NCBI GenBank assembly: GCA_043228905.1
Contig: JBHGNT010000006.1
Coordinates: 4,030,001-4,094,000 of the forward strand
Source of the DNA: Azolla caroliniana
Taxonomy: Eukaryota; Plantae; Polypodiophyta
Direction of reading: 5' to 3'
DNA length: 64,000 bases
The notes under the pieces were generated by a model, which ran no database searches, had not been told where the DNA came from, and saw nothing but the letters and a program-made list of their open reading frames with translations. A program made the position numbers and the translations under genes. Position 1 is the stretch's first letter. Every line of letters starts with the position of its first letter. This document shows, piece after piece, positions 25,910 through 38,488 of this stretch.

Positions 25910-26854
25910 CTAGGATGGTGCAGGTACGAGTGCGCGGTCGTGACGGATCCAAAGATCTTCGTGGTCATCCATTGAAATTGTGATCGTGTCACCTGCTCGC
26001 AGGCCCTTGTAGTCGAGGAAGGTCCTCCATCCTCCTTTCAGGACAAAGGAGTCGTTCGAGGACCATGTCCCATACACAAATTTCCATGCCCTTCGTCCAT
26101 CCTCGTTCTCGTCCCACATGACCACGTCCACATTCGGCCGGTGCTCTTTGGACGGGATGTTCCGCTCACCCAGACAACCGAAGCTCTCCCTCTTCATCAG
26201 GAGACGCGCTTGCTGATTGGAGACATCGCTGTTTGTTAGCGTCTTTTGGAAGACAGTCCGGAGTCCACAGCGTTGCTTTTTCGGGATCGGCATAAGAGCA
26301 ATGAATTGATCTGGTTGGGGATGGAAGCTGGAGCCCTGCTGCTTAACCATAATGCCTTTCATAGACTGGATTGCATGGGCATGGTTCCTTGCCTGACCAC
26401 TCTGGCATTCAGGTTGATCACTTTGACTTTGTTGCTGTGGCCAAAGCTGGAGACCATCTAATAATCCGTCAGTCCTCGGTCTCCTCATCGATGCATTGGT
26501 GCAATTGACATGCTGCTGTTCGCGATTACTAATGCATGACGTAGAGGCGGTGGATTGATCACTGTCATCACGGGAAGCTACTGGGGGGGCCGAGACAGGA
26601 TTCATGTTACGAGGGGGTTGGAAATGCTGTTGGGTGCGATCGATTCTCACATCCATGAAGTTGTATGTCACATTTGGTGGTTGGGGAAGGTATGTTTCAT
26701 GAGGGTGAGCAATGTTGGTATGAGCTGGGGGAGGGTACCCACGATGATGATGATGATGATGGGTAGATCTACTACCAATTCTAGAGGTGGTAGTAGTACT
26801 GGTAGGGGTAGGGGCTAAATCAGGGAAAACAGGGAACAAGCTCAAAAGCTTCAT
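25910..26854 (-). CDS. B3-domain transcription factor (single C-terminal B3, intronless ORF)
   Basis: VFQKTLTNSDVSNQQARLLM..WKFVYGTWSSNDSFVLKGGWRTFLDYKGLRAGDTITI is a B3 fold signature. The N-terminal part is His/Pro/Gln-rich. The start at MKLLSLFP (26854) is inferred; the ORF is open to 27055. Confidence 0.85.
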   Translation of the reverse strand: MKLLSLFPVFPDLAPTPTSTTTTSRIGSRSTHHHHHHRGYPPPAHTNIAHPHETYLPQPPNVTYNFMDVRIDRTQQHFQPPRNMNPVSAPPVASRDDSDQSTASTSCISNREQQHVNCTNASMRRPRTDGLLDGLQLWPQQQSQSDQPECQSGQARNHAHAIQSMKGIMVKQQGSSFHPQPDQFIALMPIPKKQRCGLRTVFQKTLTNSDVSNQQARLLMKRESFGCLGERNIPSKEHRPNVDVVMWDENEDGRRAWKFVYGTWSSNDSFVLKGGWRTFLDYKGLRAGDTITISMDDHEDLWIRHDRALVPAPS

Positions 26855-28699
26855 ATCACCAATAGACACACGTATGGATGGACGGATGCCTGTAATATGT
26901 GTGTGTGTTTTGCCCTGATTCAATGCTTTTGCAGGGAAGAGTATGTATGTATGATTTGATAATCTGTTTTCGTACCAACGAGAGATCGTGTTTAAATAGA
27001 AGAGGCAGCAGCAAAGCCCCCAACCAAAACGCAGGAATGGCCGGAAAACGCACATTCATACATCCATAAACCCTTATCTCCTTGCGTTTCGTCCTCTGCA
27101 AAAGCCTATACTATACATACTGATACATGTATGAACGAGGATGGAATGCGTTTGCGTTTCTGCGTTTCCATCCGACAACTTGCGTTTCTGCTTTTTCTTT
27201 TCTTCTTCGCCCAAAATTTTTGATTTTTTTTTTTTCAAGCAGTCAATCAGATAACAGATAACAGAGTGTTTTGCTTTTTCTTCGTCCAGAAAACAGAACC
27301 AAAAAGAGAAAAGCTAACGAGAATTAGAATAACGATAACCCCGAAAAATAAAGTTCCGGTGTGAATAATACCAATGGGCCCTCAACTACATATACGTCCT
27401 CTTGGCTTAGAGATTTACGACCATCCTTGGAGGCCAAATATGACCGCTTGAGACCAAAAGTGAAACCATTTTTTGGTGCAGCGTGTCAAATCCAGGTCAC
27501 GACTCTTGATGTTCAAGAATTTTGCCATTGATTAATGTACATTGTGATTGTCGTAGGAACATGAAGGAAGGGATTGGACCAGATTGACATTATGCACAAT
27601 GTGGTGAACAAACTCGAATGTGGTAGATGGTAGAGCACTATATCAATATATCATTCTTACACTCATGAACTAGTTCAGTGGAAACAAAATTATGCACGGT
27701 CGACAAATCTTCTTGTTTGATCTCCAGTACCCTATCTATCTCATGTCAAAGAGAATGTGAGCTAAGTCATATGGAAGTAAGGGCGCAAATGGTAGACAAA
27801 GGGACGGGCTCTAGCATGTAAATGTGAGTACCATCTCATTGTTTATAGAGGAAGATGTCTTTGTTGCTTCGTCCAACATATGTAACTGAATATGTGAAAT
27901 TTGAGCCTCCAAATCATTCCCTATGTTGTAAATTGCATCTTATTAAATGTTAGATCAACTAGTATGCCATTCATACAAAAAGGAATACTTATGGAATTGA
28001 CAACAATCTAAACTTATAAGTAATCTTGTAAATACATGACAAAGCCATAATGGTAATCCTTAAAACAACACAAATCATTTTCAGTTGTAAAAGCTATAAT
28101 TTGCTTCTCAATCGCATGGTGTCTAGTAGGAACGACCAACTTGCATTTCACTTTATATCGTCCATGCCATAATATCCTCTCTACACAATGTCAATATTTG
28201 GTTTATTAGAAGGAGTTCATCCTATGCAAACCCTTGGTGCATTACCCACCTCAGTTGACCTCGATAGGTTTTCATGATATATGACAAATCAACAAGCTTA
28301 CTAGCTTGGGGAAATTAGGCTAATGGATTATTGGTATACCATCTTAACGGCTAATAAAGAATACCAATGTATTTGATTTATTATATTTTATATTTTCAAT
28401 GTCAACAATGCATAAATATGTCTAAAGAAAAATAAGAATCATAATCCTCAATGAAATATTGCTTCCTATTGTACATCAATCCAATTCCCTTTGTGATATC
28501 ATTACATCAATTGGTTCAACTCATCACTCAAAGCGTGAAAACAACGAGGAAGCTTGAAAACTTTAGGTTGGTTTTAAACAGATAAAATGACCACAAAACG
28601 TTCTTAGTTGAGTCCACATAATGGAAATCTCCTTCTCATAAATTGTAATGTTTTAGGTTTCTTTGTTATGGTTGCAACTAAGAATAAGATAGAATATTA

Positions 28700-30050
28700 G
28701 AGGAGAATAAGAAAAAAAAAGAAGAAATTAGAGAATAATGCAATTGTGCTAACAAGAAGAACAAGATTACAAGCATATGCTAGAGCTTGACGTTGAACTA
28801 GAATCATTCATCAATGACTAGGTAACCTACATTTGTAGTATGGATGGGAACATGCATGTTTTCCTAATTGCTATGATTAAACTCCTTTGAGTTCGCAAAT
28901 GAGTCTTGCTTTAGACCATCAAAACACTAATTCTGCCAACAATGATAGAGCATACAAACACAATTCTACTAATGATAGTGAGGGATGAGAAAAGTCCTAC
29001 TTACACGTTAAGATGGACAGAATAATGGGTTGATCGGCCATGTCTATTTTGACAATTTTCTCTATCTCTTCTACTCTCGTATAAAGGAGGTTGAGAGTTG
29101 ATGATCAAACTATTTTGCACCACTTGCACATATTGCAATAAAGTTTTGTTGACGACTTTCCATTTACTTGACTACACTTGTCCTTATATTCCTTAATATT
29201 TAATAAATTAAGTCGTAGGATGATTCTCGATGCCTTCATAGCTATAGTGGTCAAGTCATACTTATATATTGATCATACAATAACAAGTGTACCAGATGGC
29301 CAAATGTTTTCTGTAAACATCCATTTGCTCCAATTCCATGTCGTCGTTCATTCTGATGGCAAGCAAAATTCTTCGTTCGTTTTCACCATGAGGGAGAAGA
29401 TTTTGCAGACATCGATCCTGTGTTTTGGTCTCAAGTCACACCTTGTACTTCAAGATATGATGCGTAGTTTAGCTAAATGATTCATTTACACAACATGGGC
29501 CACTTTCTTAGAGAGTAAACGTTTGAATCCTCTAAAGGGACTTTATTTCTCTTATTGCAATGAGGTTCTGTTTCACTTTATCTTCAAACTCCATTGCCTC
29601 TATGTAGTAGGAGGTTTCTTAACATCTATCAAAGTCATGACATCCTTGCTTGAAATAAACTTGTTGGATAGATGTGATTTTCCTGTTGACCTTCAATATG
29701 TTTGTTGGAATATGGGTTTTTGTTAGTAACTTGAACCATCATTTCCTTGGATTCCCTTGGATCCACTAACCAAGACCCTTCATGATTTTCTCACGTGGTT
29801 TTCCACATCAAGTGATTTGCACAACACTTGTGATTAGCATTGTGTGGAAGGTATCGCATGAGCTCAATATGCACATGATCAATAATTTACATATCCAAAT
29901 CCAAGTTCATATTTAGCCACTTCAATTATTCAATGAAGCTGTCAAAGTCAATTATGTGGGTGGCAATGGAATCAAATTCCTTCATTTTAATCTCCTACAA
30001 CCTCTCCATCAATTAGATCTTGTTTGATTGCTTGTTCTTTTCTTATGTGT
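28700..30050 (-). mobile_element. Highly decayed Ty1/Copia gag-pol remnant
   Basis: Minus strand gives MKEFDSIATHIIDFDSF (Copia gag-like) at ~29935-29985 and a weak KWKVV motif at ~29160; no intact ORF. Confidence 0.45.
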
Positions 30051-31327
30051 CACACCATTTCTTTCACATGTTCTCCAAGGTCAAATGCATAGCCTAAATG
30101 GTTAGGGGTGTTGCTAGCGAGACCTAGGTGCACGATCCTAAAATGGTGACAATGGTATTCTTTGTTGAGGAAGGGATTTAAAGGCTCCTCTAATATATTG
30201 ATCTTAACATGCAACCAAATGTGCACGGAGTCGCCCAAGTTCTTGCTCTAACATAGCCACTAATCGTTCCTTTATCATCAAGTTATCCACATAATCCATC
30301 GAGATTGCAATCTTCAACACTTCATGGTGATATGACTGAGTATCAAAGAATTATGAGACAAACGAGCACATATTATTCAAACTAGATTTGTGAGATTGCG
30401 AAAATATGAGAGATTAACATATGTGAGATCGAAGGATAGGTTGGTTTGTTTATGTTCCAAGGTGTAGACTTGCCAAAAGCAAGAGCCCAACATTGGGAAA
30501 GGGGATCCTATGTTGTGGATGGGGGAACATGTACATATATATGTACTCGAGGTTGTCCAATGCCTTTGTCCACTGCCTCGAAAATGGTGCATATTTCTAA
30601 GAATGATAAGCTACCCTTAAAAAAATAAAAATAAAGGAGAATTCCATTTATTTGAAAGTTTGATCCTTTTAGACAAAATAAAGAAGTAGAAAAGGGTAGG
30701 TCGTACGTTTTAGAAGGGTGCTAATCGTCATGCAAAGTCATAAATTAACTAAGTACAACAAGAGGACCTAAACATACACTTGACAAAGTTTGTTGAAACA
30801 TACACACATTGTCTATTGAAAAAAATATTCGATGTTGGAGGCATAGAGAAAGTGTTTCACAAAGGAAAAACAAACAAATGCAAAGGATGTTTACATTGTA
30901 GGTGAGCATTAATCTATTATCTCGTCCCACCCTTTGTCCCTTTTGTTTATGCCCGAAAGAGTAGACATGGCTGGCACACGTGTTTTACACACAATTAATC
31001 GATAAATCCAAGTCTTCTATACCAACAAATTCCTTGTTATGCGTACTACGAGGAATCGATTATCCAAAGTCTTCTACATTGATTAACTTGGTCGGTCTCC
31101 ATCACCATCATTCTCAATCCATGCAGAACATCTATCTTCTTTCAGTTCTACGATAAATTATTGTCACCACCGCCACCACCACCAACAAAAACGACGATGA
31201 TGACAATGATAACGACAACGACAACATCGTTTACTTACATTGAGGTTGCGTTTTGGAGAACAAGGGGCAATCGTTGGGCGTAACTATGAGAAGAGTAAGA
31301 AGTGAAATGTAGGCATGAAATTTACAA

Positions 31328-31371
<44 letters not shown>

Positions 31372-31375
<4 letters not shown>

Positions 31376-31532
31376 GCTCAGTTGGTAAGGTTGCCCAATG
31401 GAGACCAGGGAGACCAAGAGGAGGTCATGGGTTAAACCCCTAGATTCCACACTGGCATTTAGTGAAGTAAGAGATATCTATGGAGTAATAGAGAGGTGAA
31501 CTTTCCACTAGGTGTAGCTAATTACGATAAAA
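31372..31532 (+). mobile_element. tRNA-derived SINE-like element embedded in a (GA)n microsatellite
   Basis: Pol III A box GGTAGCTCAGTTGGTAAG at 31372 and B-box-like GGGTTAAACCCC at ~31429, then a ~90-bp non-tRNA body. (GA)n lies on both sides; no complete cloverleaf. Confidence 0.7.
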
Positions 31533-31731
31533 GAGGAAGAAGAGAGAGAGAGAGAGAGAGTGGTGTGTTGAGGAGGGTATTAAACGAGATAAAAGGAAAC
31601 TTTGAAGGGGGTAATAACGGATGGATTTGCAGAAAAGTGGAAGAACAGGAGCAGGCACAGGAAGGAACACGTGGAATATCGCACAGAGCAGGAAGAATGT
31701 GAAAGGAAGAGAGGCAGACAGCAGCAGGAAC

Positions 31732-31780
<49 letters not shown>

Positions 31781-32075
31781 CAGAGGAACAGGAAGAGGAC
31801 AAGAGGACAGGCGGGAGGGAGATTATTATGGCCGTTATTATTATGTACATAGATAGAGCCCCTCCCCTCCCTCCTCCAACGGTCGTTCGGTCGGAGAGCC
31901 GTTAAAGCTGTATAGTAGCTATAGCGTGACAGCACTTATCTCACACACACACACACACACTCAGAGTGTGTGAGAGACAGACAGACAGACAGACAGAGCT
32001 CTCTCTACACTCCCCCCCCTCCAACTCACTGATAAAAAGGCCATCTCCATCTCCACCTCCAATTGTGTAGAAATC

Positions 32076-32132
<57 letters not shown>

Positions 32133-32266
32133 AGAGCTTCATAGCTACTCCCAGCTGCAGCAGGAGCTTCCTTCCACACTCCCATATTTTTACACAGCAA
32201 AGACCCTCTCTCACTTGGTTGGGGGTTAGGGGGAAAGAGTTTCGTTTCCTTCTTCTTCTGGTGCAC

Positions 32267-32298
32267 CCTTAAACCCTAAACCCTAAACCCCTAAACCC
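32267..32298 (+). promoter_or_regulatory. Telo-box cluster (AAACCCT)n upstream of the phytocyanin gene
   Basis: cccttaaaccctaaaccctaaacccctaaaccc, ~50-80 bp before the ATG. Confidence 0.6.
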
Positions 32299-32349
32299 TT
32301 TTTGTTCACTCCTCGCCATATATATACACAAATACTCTCTATCTCAACC

Positions 32350-33092
32350 ATGGCTGCTCAGCATCATCATCATCATCGTCGTCGTCGTCAACTTGTCTTC
32401 CTCGTCCTCTTCTTCTTCTTGTGCAGTATTAGTAGTAGTAGTCCCGCCATGTCCAGTAGCAGCAACGTCTACATAGTAGGCGGCGCTGCTGGGTGGACCA
32501 CCCCCACGCGCGCCAACATCAACTACACACAGTGGGCGGACGCCACCACTTTCCTCGTGGGAGACACTCTAGGTATATATATATACATACTACATACATC
32601 TCTTCTCTTCTCTTTTCTCTCTGTCTCTCTGTCTGTCTGTTTGTCTGCAGTTGAATGAATGGCGTAACTAACTGACCCGAAAAACTGATGCAATGAATAA
32701 AATGAAATGAAATAGAGTTCAACTATGTGGCCAAGGCCCACAGCGTGCTGGAAGTGACGCGGTCCGACTTCCGCTACTGCAACAAGAGCAACCCAATTGT
32801 GGCGCACGACGATGCCAACGGCACCACCACCGTGGAGCTCAGCAAGCCTGGCAACTACTACTTCATCGACGGTGCAGGAGATCACTGCGAAGAAGGCCAG
32901 AAATTCCAAGCCAAGGTTCTTCTTCTCTCTTCTTCTTCTTCTTCTCAGGCCCCCTCTCCATCTCCTTCCGGCGGAGCCGCCCCTGCTCCTGCTCCAGCCA
33001 CCGGAGGCGCCGCCACCGCCTCTCCATCTCTCCACCTGCTCTTCCTCCTCCTCTTCCCCTTCCTCCTCCACTTCTTCTTCTTCTCTAGATAG
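32350..33092 (+). CDS. Phytocyanin/early-nodulin-like protein with AG-type linker and putative GPI signal, ~199 aa, 2 exons
   Basis: Exons 32350-32572 and 32716-33092. YIVGGAAGW..NYTQWA...FLVGDTL|EFNY...HSVLEV....RYCN...PGNYYFIDGAGDHCEEGQKF; APSPSP/APAPAP linker; hydrophobic C-terminus. Confidence 0.93.
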
Positions 33093-35560
33093 AAGGACCT
33101 TCTCCCTTCTCCTCTCTCTACCCCCTCTCCTTCTTAGAAGCCCCGCCGCCGCACCGGCACCCGTACACACATACAAGCGCGCGCGCGTGCGTACAGGAAT
33201 ATGAAGCTCTGTCTTTTTTGTTTTCCGCCATTTTTGGAGTTGAAAGGTCGCTCGCCATGGAACAGGACGACACCACTCACTACCTGCTCCTGTTTTTTTT
33301 CTTTTTTCCTTTTCTTTTTTTGTAACTAGGTTACCATCGCCATCGCCATCGCAACACCACCACACAATTCTTACATTTTTATTTATATATACAGACATAC
33401 CCATTGTACTTGGTTATCAAATTGATGGAACATTCTTCACATTTTTAACACAAAAAACCCCCTATTGAGCAAATCAAACCTGAGTCGTCCCTCCTCCATC
33501 TTCTCTCGATCATGTTGTGCACCACTGTTTAATACTCTGTCCAAGCTTACTGTCTTTCTATTCTATGGTATCCATGCGTGGTAGTTTTATGAAAAATATG
33601 TACATTGCTGCTGTCATTGTTTCTTGCACCACTTTTATACGGTCCAAGCATACTGTGTTTCAATTCTAGGGTATTACGTGCACCACTTTTATACTGTCGA
33701 AGCTTACTGTGTTTCAATTCCAGGGTATACATCCATGCATGATACTGTTTTTAATGTAAAAGACATTGTTTTCATTGTTTCTTGCTGTCGTTCAAACAAG
33801 CAAGTACTCGGGTTGTTTTAGGAAATTATCTGAGATATGATTGGAATCAAGTAATCAATCTGCAGTATTAATTAAACTGGTCATCCCTACCTCAAATTCG
33901 ATTATTGTAAGAAACCATGGGACTGTGGTTTTTGTTGTTTTACTGCAGTTATATGGGGTTTATATTATGCAATGCTAATTGTTATCGTGATTATGAAGGA
34001 TCCTTTGTAATTGTCGACCACATTTTCTTAAGTTTGTGTGAAGCATCCTTGAATTGAACATAGTTCTACCCAAATCTGTGAACTTGATGTGACCGAATTG
34101 GTGAGTCCTCCTCAAGAGGTCTACTACATAAATTCTCTGTTCCCTGTATGTTTAAAGGTATCAAAAAATCATTGTGACTCGCGATCACCATGAGCATTTG
34201 AACCAGTATGACAAACACAATATAAGTCATGAAGGATTTTATGAATATTTCTCTTGGAGGCATGGCATACTCACTACAAATGTGGCTTCTTTTAGTAAAA
34301 TTAACAAAATCGAAGTACTTGGTGCAACCCATAACAGAGTTTCGAATGATTTTGAGGATGAAAGTGAATGACAAATCTTGGGAGGCCACTAGTTAGTTTC
34401 TTTTAGTAAAACTAACAAAATCAAAGTAATTGGTCCAACCCATCATAACAGAGCCTCGAATGATTTTTAGGATGAAACCGAATGAAAATCTTGGGAGGCC
34501 CCAATTAACAACAGGGTTTTCTTTTGTTTTAAATTAATAGAATCTAAGAGACTTTTTGTGATTGATCTTCTTTTTCATTTTTCTTTTCTATACCCACCAC
34601 CACCTTCTAGTGTGTAGCTGACTAGACTGTGTATACTTGAAGCTTCCAATAGTTATCTTAGAAACTTGTGCTTTCATCTAATCTGGCATCATGAGACACA
34701 GAAAATCTCATTCCTTACATGAATCATGATTCATCATAGCACTTTCACATTCTTCAAATCACAAAAACATGCGTTTTTTTTTATCTAGTTTATTAAATAA
34801 CAACAGCTAAGCGAATGACAAGACACATTGAAACACTTTTAAACTATCAGCTCATCAGAGAAATATTTTCAATGAATAACATCCAAACACTTTCAAACTA
34901 TCTGCTCTAGGATTTCATAAGAAAATAAACTCTTATCGAGTATTCTTTCAATGGATCTAGTTGGCATTCTATTGATCTATATATGTCACACCCCAAAACA
35001 TCCATTTTAGACATCATGGTTGGCACACACTAAGATATGTTCAAATTCTATCATTTTGACATTCATCTCAAAAGTATACCTCTTATGTTATCTTTCTCAT
35101 TACTCAATTCCTTTATGGATATACTCACAAAATTAATATGATATATATAATCATCACGGCCATAGGGCAACTTCTTAAATCTTTATTCATTCTATTATTA
35201 CTTGTCTTTCGTGTTATTGATTTGACTTCAAGAAATATTCAAAACATATCACTCGTATTTTTCATGAAATAAATCCAAATCATGTGAGCAAATTTATCAT
35301 TAAAGATATAAAAGTACCTAGATCTCGCCTAGGTGGCTGTTTCCGCTGACGGCTCCCAATATTGTACATGGGTTATAATTATGTAGATATGTATAGCTGA
35401 AGCACAAGTGGGTTAGTATAGTCATGTTACCCAGATAACTTTGTTATAAAAGAGTTAGTTGAGAGAAGTAGAGTCGGGGTAAAATGGGCTTTATTTCAGA
35501 TTTGTTGGATTTAAGGGTCATGTGAGTTTTTGCTGTTTTTTTGTTTGATAGTTTTGGAGT

Positions 35561-35738
35561 TGTGCCCTCCGAGTTGTATATGTTGATCCCACTATGGATT
35601 CGGGTAAACTTTGCTATATTCTATTTGCTAACTAATGTGAAGTAGGTTTTGTGCCCTCCGAGTTGTATATGTTGATCCCACTATGGATTCGGGTAAACTT
35701 TGCTATATTCTATTTGCTAACTAATGTGAAGTAGGTTT
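35561..35738. repeat. Perfect 89-bp tandem duplication
   Basis: tgtgccctccgagttgtatatgttgatccc...aatgtgaagtaggttt repeated twice with no difference I can see. Confidence 0.95.
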
Positions 35739-36479
35739 TTTGGGAAAAGGAAGAAGAAAGAAAGTGCCTAGATCCCTCTAATATTGGGTTCTTGTGATGG
35801 TCCCTAAAGGGTAGGATAGATACTCCTCTCATGATATTTTCACAATGTAGCTATTAACGTGTCCATGATTCTTATGAGTTCAGTTTTTCTACCTAGCACT
35901 AATGTAGGCATTTATGACTTCTTGTTAAACAAGTTGAGCAACTAATGATAACTTTTTGGTAAACCATACATTTTTCAAGTTCTTAAATACATTATGTATA
36001 CATCATTTGGCAATTGAATTTTAACATTACTAGTTCTCTTGGCATAATAATAGATACCGGTTGTCATGTTATATGCTTAGGTGCTATCACTTTAGTTGTT
36101 TGATAAAATAGATTATTATTTCCAAACATGTGATTATAATACCGAGCTAGTTGTCCACCCCTTCCCTTCCATAGTCGCTTTGCTAAACATATCATCCACC
36201 TCTTTCTTCCAAACGACACACTCAATTATACACCGAGCTAGTTGTCTACCCCTTCCATAGTTGCGTCACTAAGCCTATCTTCCACCTCTTTCTTTCAAAC
36301 CACACACTCAATTATACACCACACATATCTCATTTTCGGAGTTTGTGTAAGTGGGGAAATAATAGCCAAATTCAATATTTGTAGTTGAGATCTAGTCTTC
36401 AACTATCTTTGCCCTTGTGAAGTTTGATCTTGTGTTCCAAGTTAAATATCCTCAATTCTCCAATGTTTTGGACAAAGTT

Positions 36480-37420
36480 AAGTGTGGTTAAACAATATAT
36501 TTATGATTGCTCTATTGATTTATAGCAGACCATGATATCTCCATTTGGTTCCATACATGGGTTATCACTGATTGAGTTAGAGGTTTAATGAGATAATATT
36601 AAGGAGAATGTTTATTTGAGACTCCATTTGGTTTCATACATGGCGTATCACCTATTGAGTTAGAGGTTTGATGAGATTATATTTTGAGGAGAATGTTTAT
36701 TTGAGACTCTATTTGCTTCCATGTATGGCTTATCACCATTTGAGTTAGAGGTTTAATGAGTTATATTGAGGAAATTATTTATTGCCTAGTTATGGTTATC
36801 CCAAGATTACTAGAATGACTCCAAGGTCAATGCAATTCATGAAGAATGAACATCCTTGTGCTTACTAATTTTTTGAAGACGATGAATGGATGACATACAT
36901 CTTGGTCATTTTAATATACCATTTGGTCTTACCAAGACTCTCATAGTTTTATTTACTATCTAGTTATATTCTTATTTACTCCAAAACTTTAAAGAAACAT
37001 GAGAGATAAGTGCAACCCGCTCTTTAGAACAATCAAGAGCATTATTTACTTGCCAAGTTGGATAAGTATTTTGTTTCTTGGATATTGGATCACTCTTGAA
37101 ACCAGCTGGGTAAACTAAAGTTGGTATTGTTTTAGATTGGCAAACACATTAGGCATGAAGCATTCAATGTTTTCTTGGGTGGCTTATGTTCATTCCCCTT
37201 TAGGACCCTCATGATGATAGCTTCTAGTAGGTATGCCATGATTCTCGTGTGGATGAACACTTTGGAGTGGCCTAAGCTTTTGAACTAATTGGTTGAGAGT
37301 TTTGTTGGCCTTTGATTCATTACTTTCTCACTACATTTGCTCAATCATGTCATGTATGTTATCAAGTCAATGCCCCTAGATACTTTCCACATGAATTTCC
37401 ATGACTTTTACTATTACGTG
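36480..37420 (+). mobile_element. Decayed Ty3/Gypsy (Tf2/chromovirus-like) pol remnant, with an internal 3x ~85-bp repeat at 36540-36790
   Basis: Fragments YDCSIDL, EDDEW, PFGLT, IVLDWQT and integrase-like HDSRVDEHFGV...CWP...SCHVCYQV. LTR-like sequence may follow at ~37480-37850. Confidence 0.7.
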
Positions 37421-38488
37421 CATAACCACAACTGATAATGAGATAGGTTTCCCGTAGTTTTCCCTAATCATATGATGTATACGTAAGGGTTAATTCTGAA
37501 AGGAACGAGCGTATTAAGTATAATATTCAATTCTACTGCATGGGATAACTAGTAAGTGTGTTATCATTTGACCACGTTACATAAAGTAGTTAAGTGTGAA
37601 CACACTAGGGGCCTAGGGTTTTTGCCTATATAAGAAGGCTAGCTACCTTATTATCATGGGAGGCTTGACTTATGTTAAGACTATGACAATGTGGCTATGG
37701 CTCTTGTCAATTAAGCACGTGCTATCCTCGTAGGATCGATGACATTGAGGAGGTTTTGGTTCGTCTCACTCTGTTGCTAGGGGGTGTCGGGTGGTTTGGA
37801 AATTGGCACCCCTCTTTCCTTTCTTTGGTCTATATATTTTGATTAATTCATTAGTTAGACTCTAATAGTGTATAGGCCTTAACATATTGTTTTTGTGGAT
37901 TTATATTCCTAAATTGGGCTCTCACGAGACATAGTCGTAATGTCACCATGGTCATTTTTAGATAAATTTCAAATAGGTTTCCTGTCATTCCCTTAACACC
38001 ACCATTCTGTTGAAAGTGCGACAACATTGAATATGAATTCAATCTAACCTCGTGATTTGTTTTTTTTTTCCAAAAGAAAATATACTTCCATTAGTCTTTA
38101 GAAAAGTCATAAAAACTATAGCATACAAAATTTTCCCCAGCTCATCTTTAAAAGATGATGGTTGAGGAAACAAAACTTTGAACTCCAAAATAGAGGAAAA
38201 TAGACAACTAATCTGAAAATTATTCTATAAACAACTTCCAAGGTAGAGAACAATGTATTCCATGCCTCTACATCTCAGTTTTGAAGTCGATCATACATTC
38301 TGTGCTTCTTCAAGACAACCACGTTCCTTATGCACGTCTGTAAACACATCAATCATCTTACTTCCTCTTTCCACATTTGGTTACCACCAAATTCCAACAT
38401 CTGTAAACACAAACCTAATGCTTCCTCTTTCCACCTCAGTCATGTTGCTTGTTACCACCCATTTTCAAGTGAACCATTTCCTTTGGTT

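Noticed and set aside
31372-31450. Functional tRNA gene
   Set aside because: A and B boxes are present, but there is no acceptor-stem pairing or anticodon arm and the B box is degenerate; a SINE head fits better.
31496-32272. Several ORFs and a possible miRNA precursor (GGAGCTTCCTTC near 32163 resembles the miR319 5' arm)
   Set aside because: The ORFs are (GA)n/(CT)n translations, and I found no complementary mature miR159/319 arm nearby.
32523-33404. 293-aa minus-strand ORF (also 3246-3746 and 4322-4775 on +)
   Set aside because: Antisense shadows of GC-rich, low-complexity coding exons; no domain motifs.
36540-36790. CRISPR-like array (also 8890-9091 and 17295-17375)
   Set aside because: Whole units repeat without unique spacers, there are no cas genes, and the context is eukaryotic.
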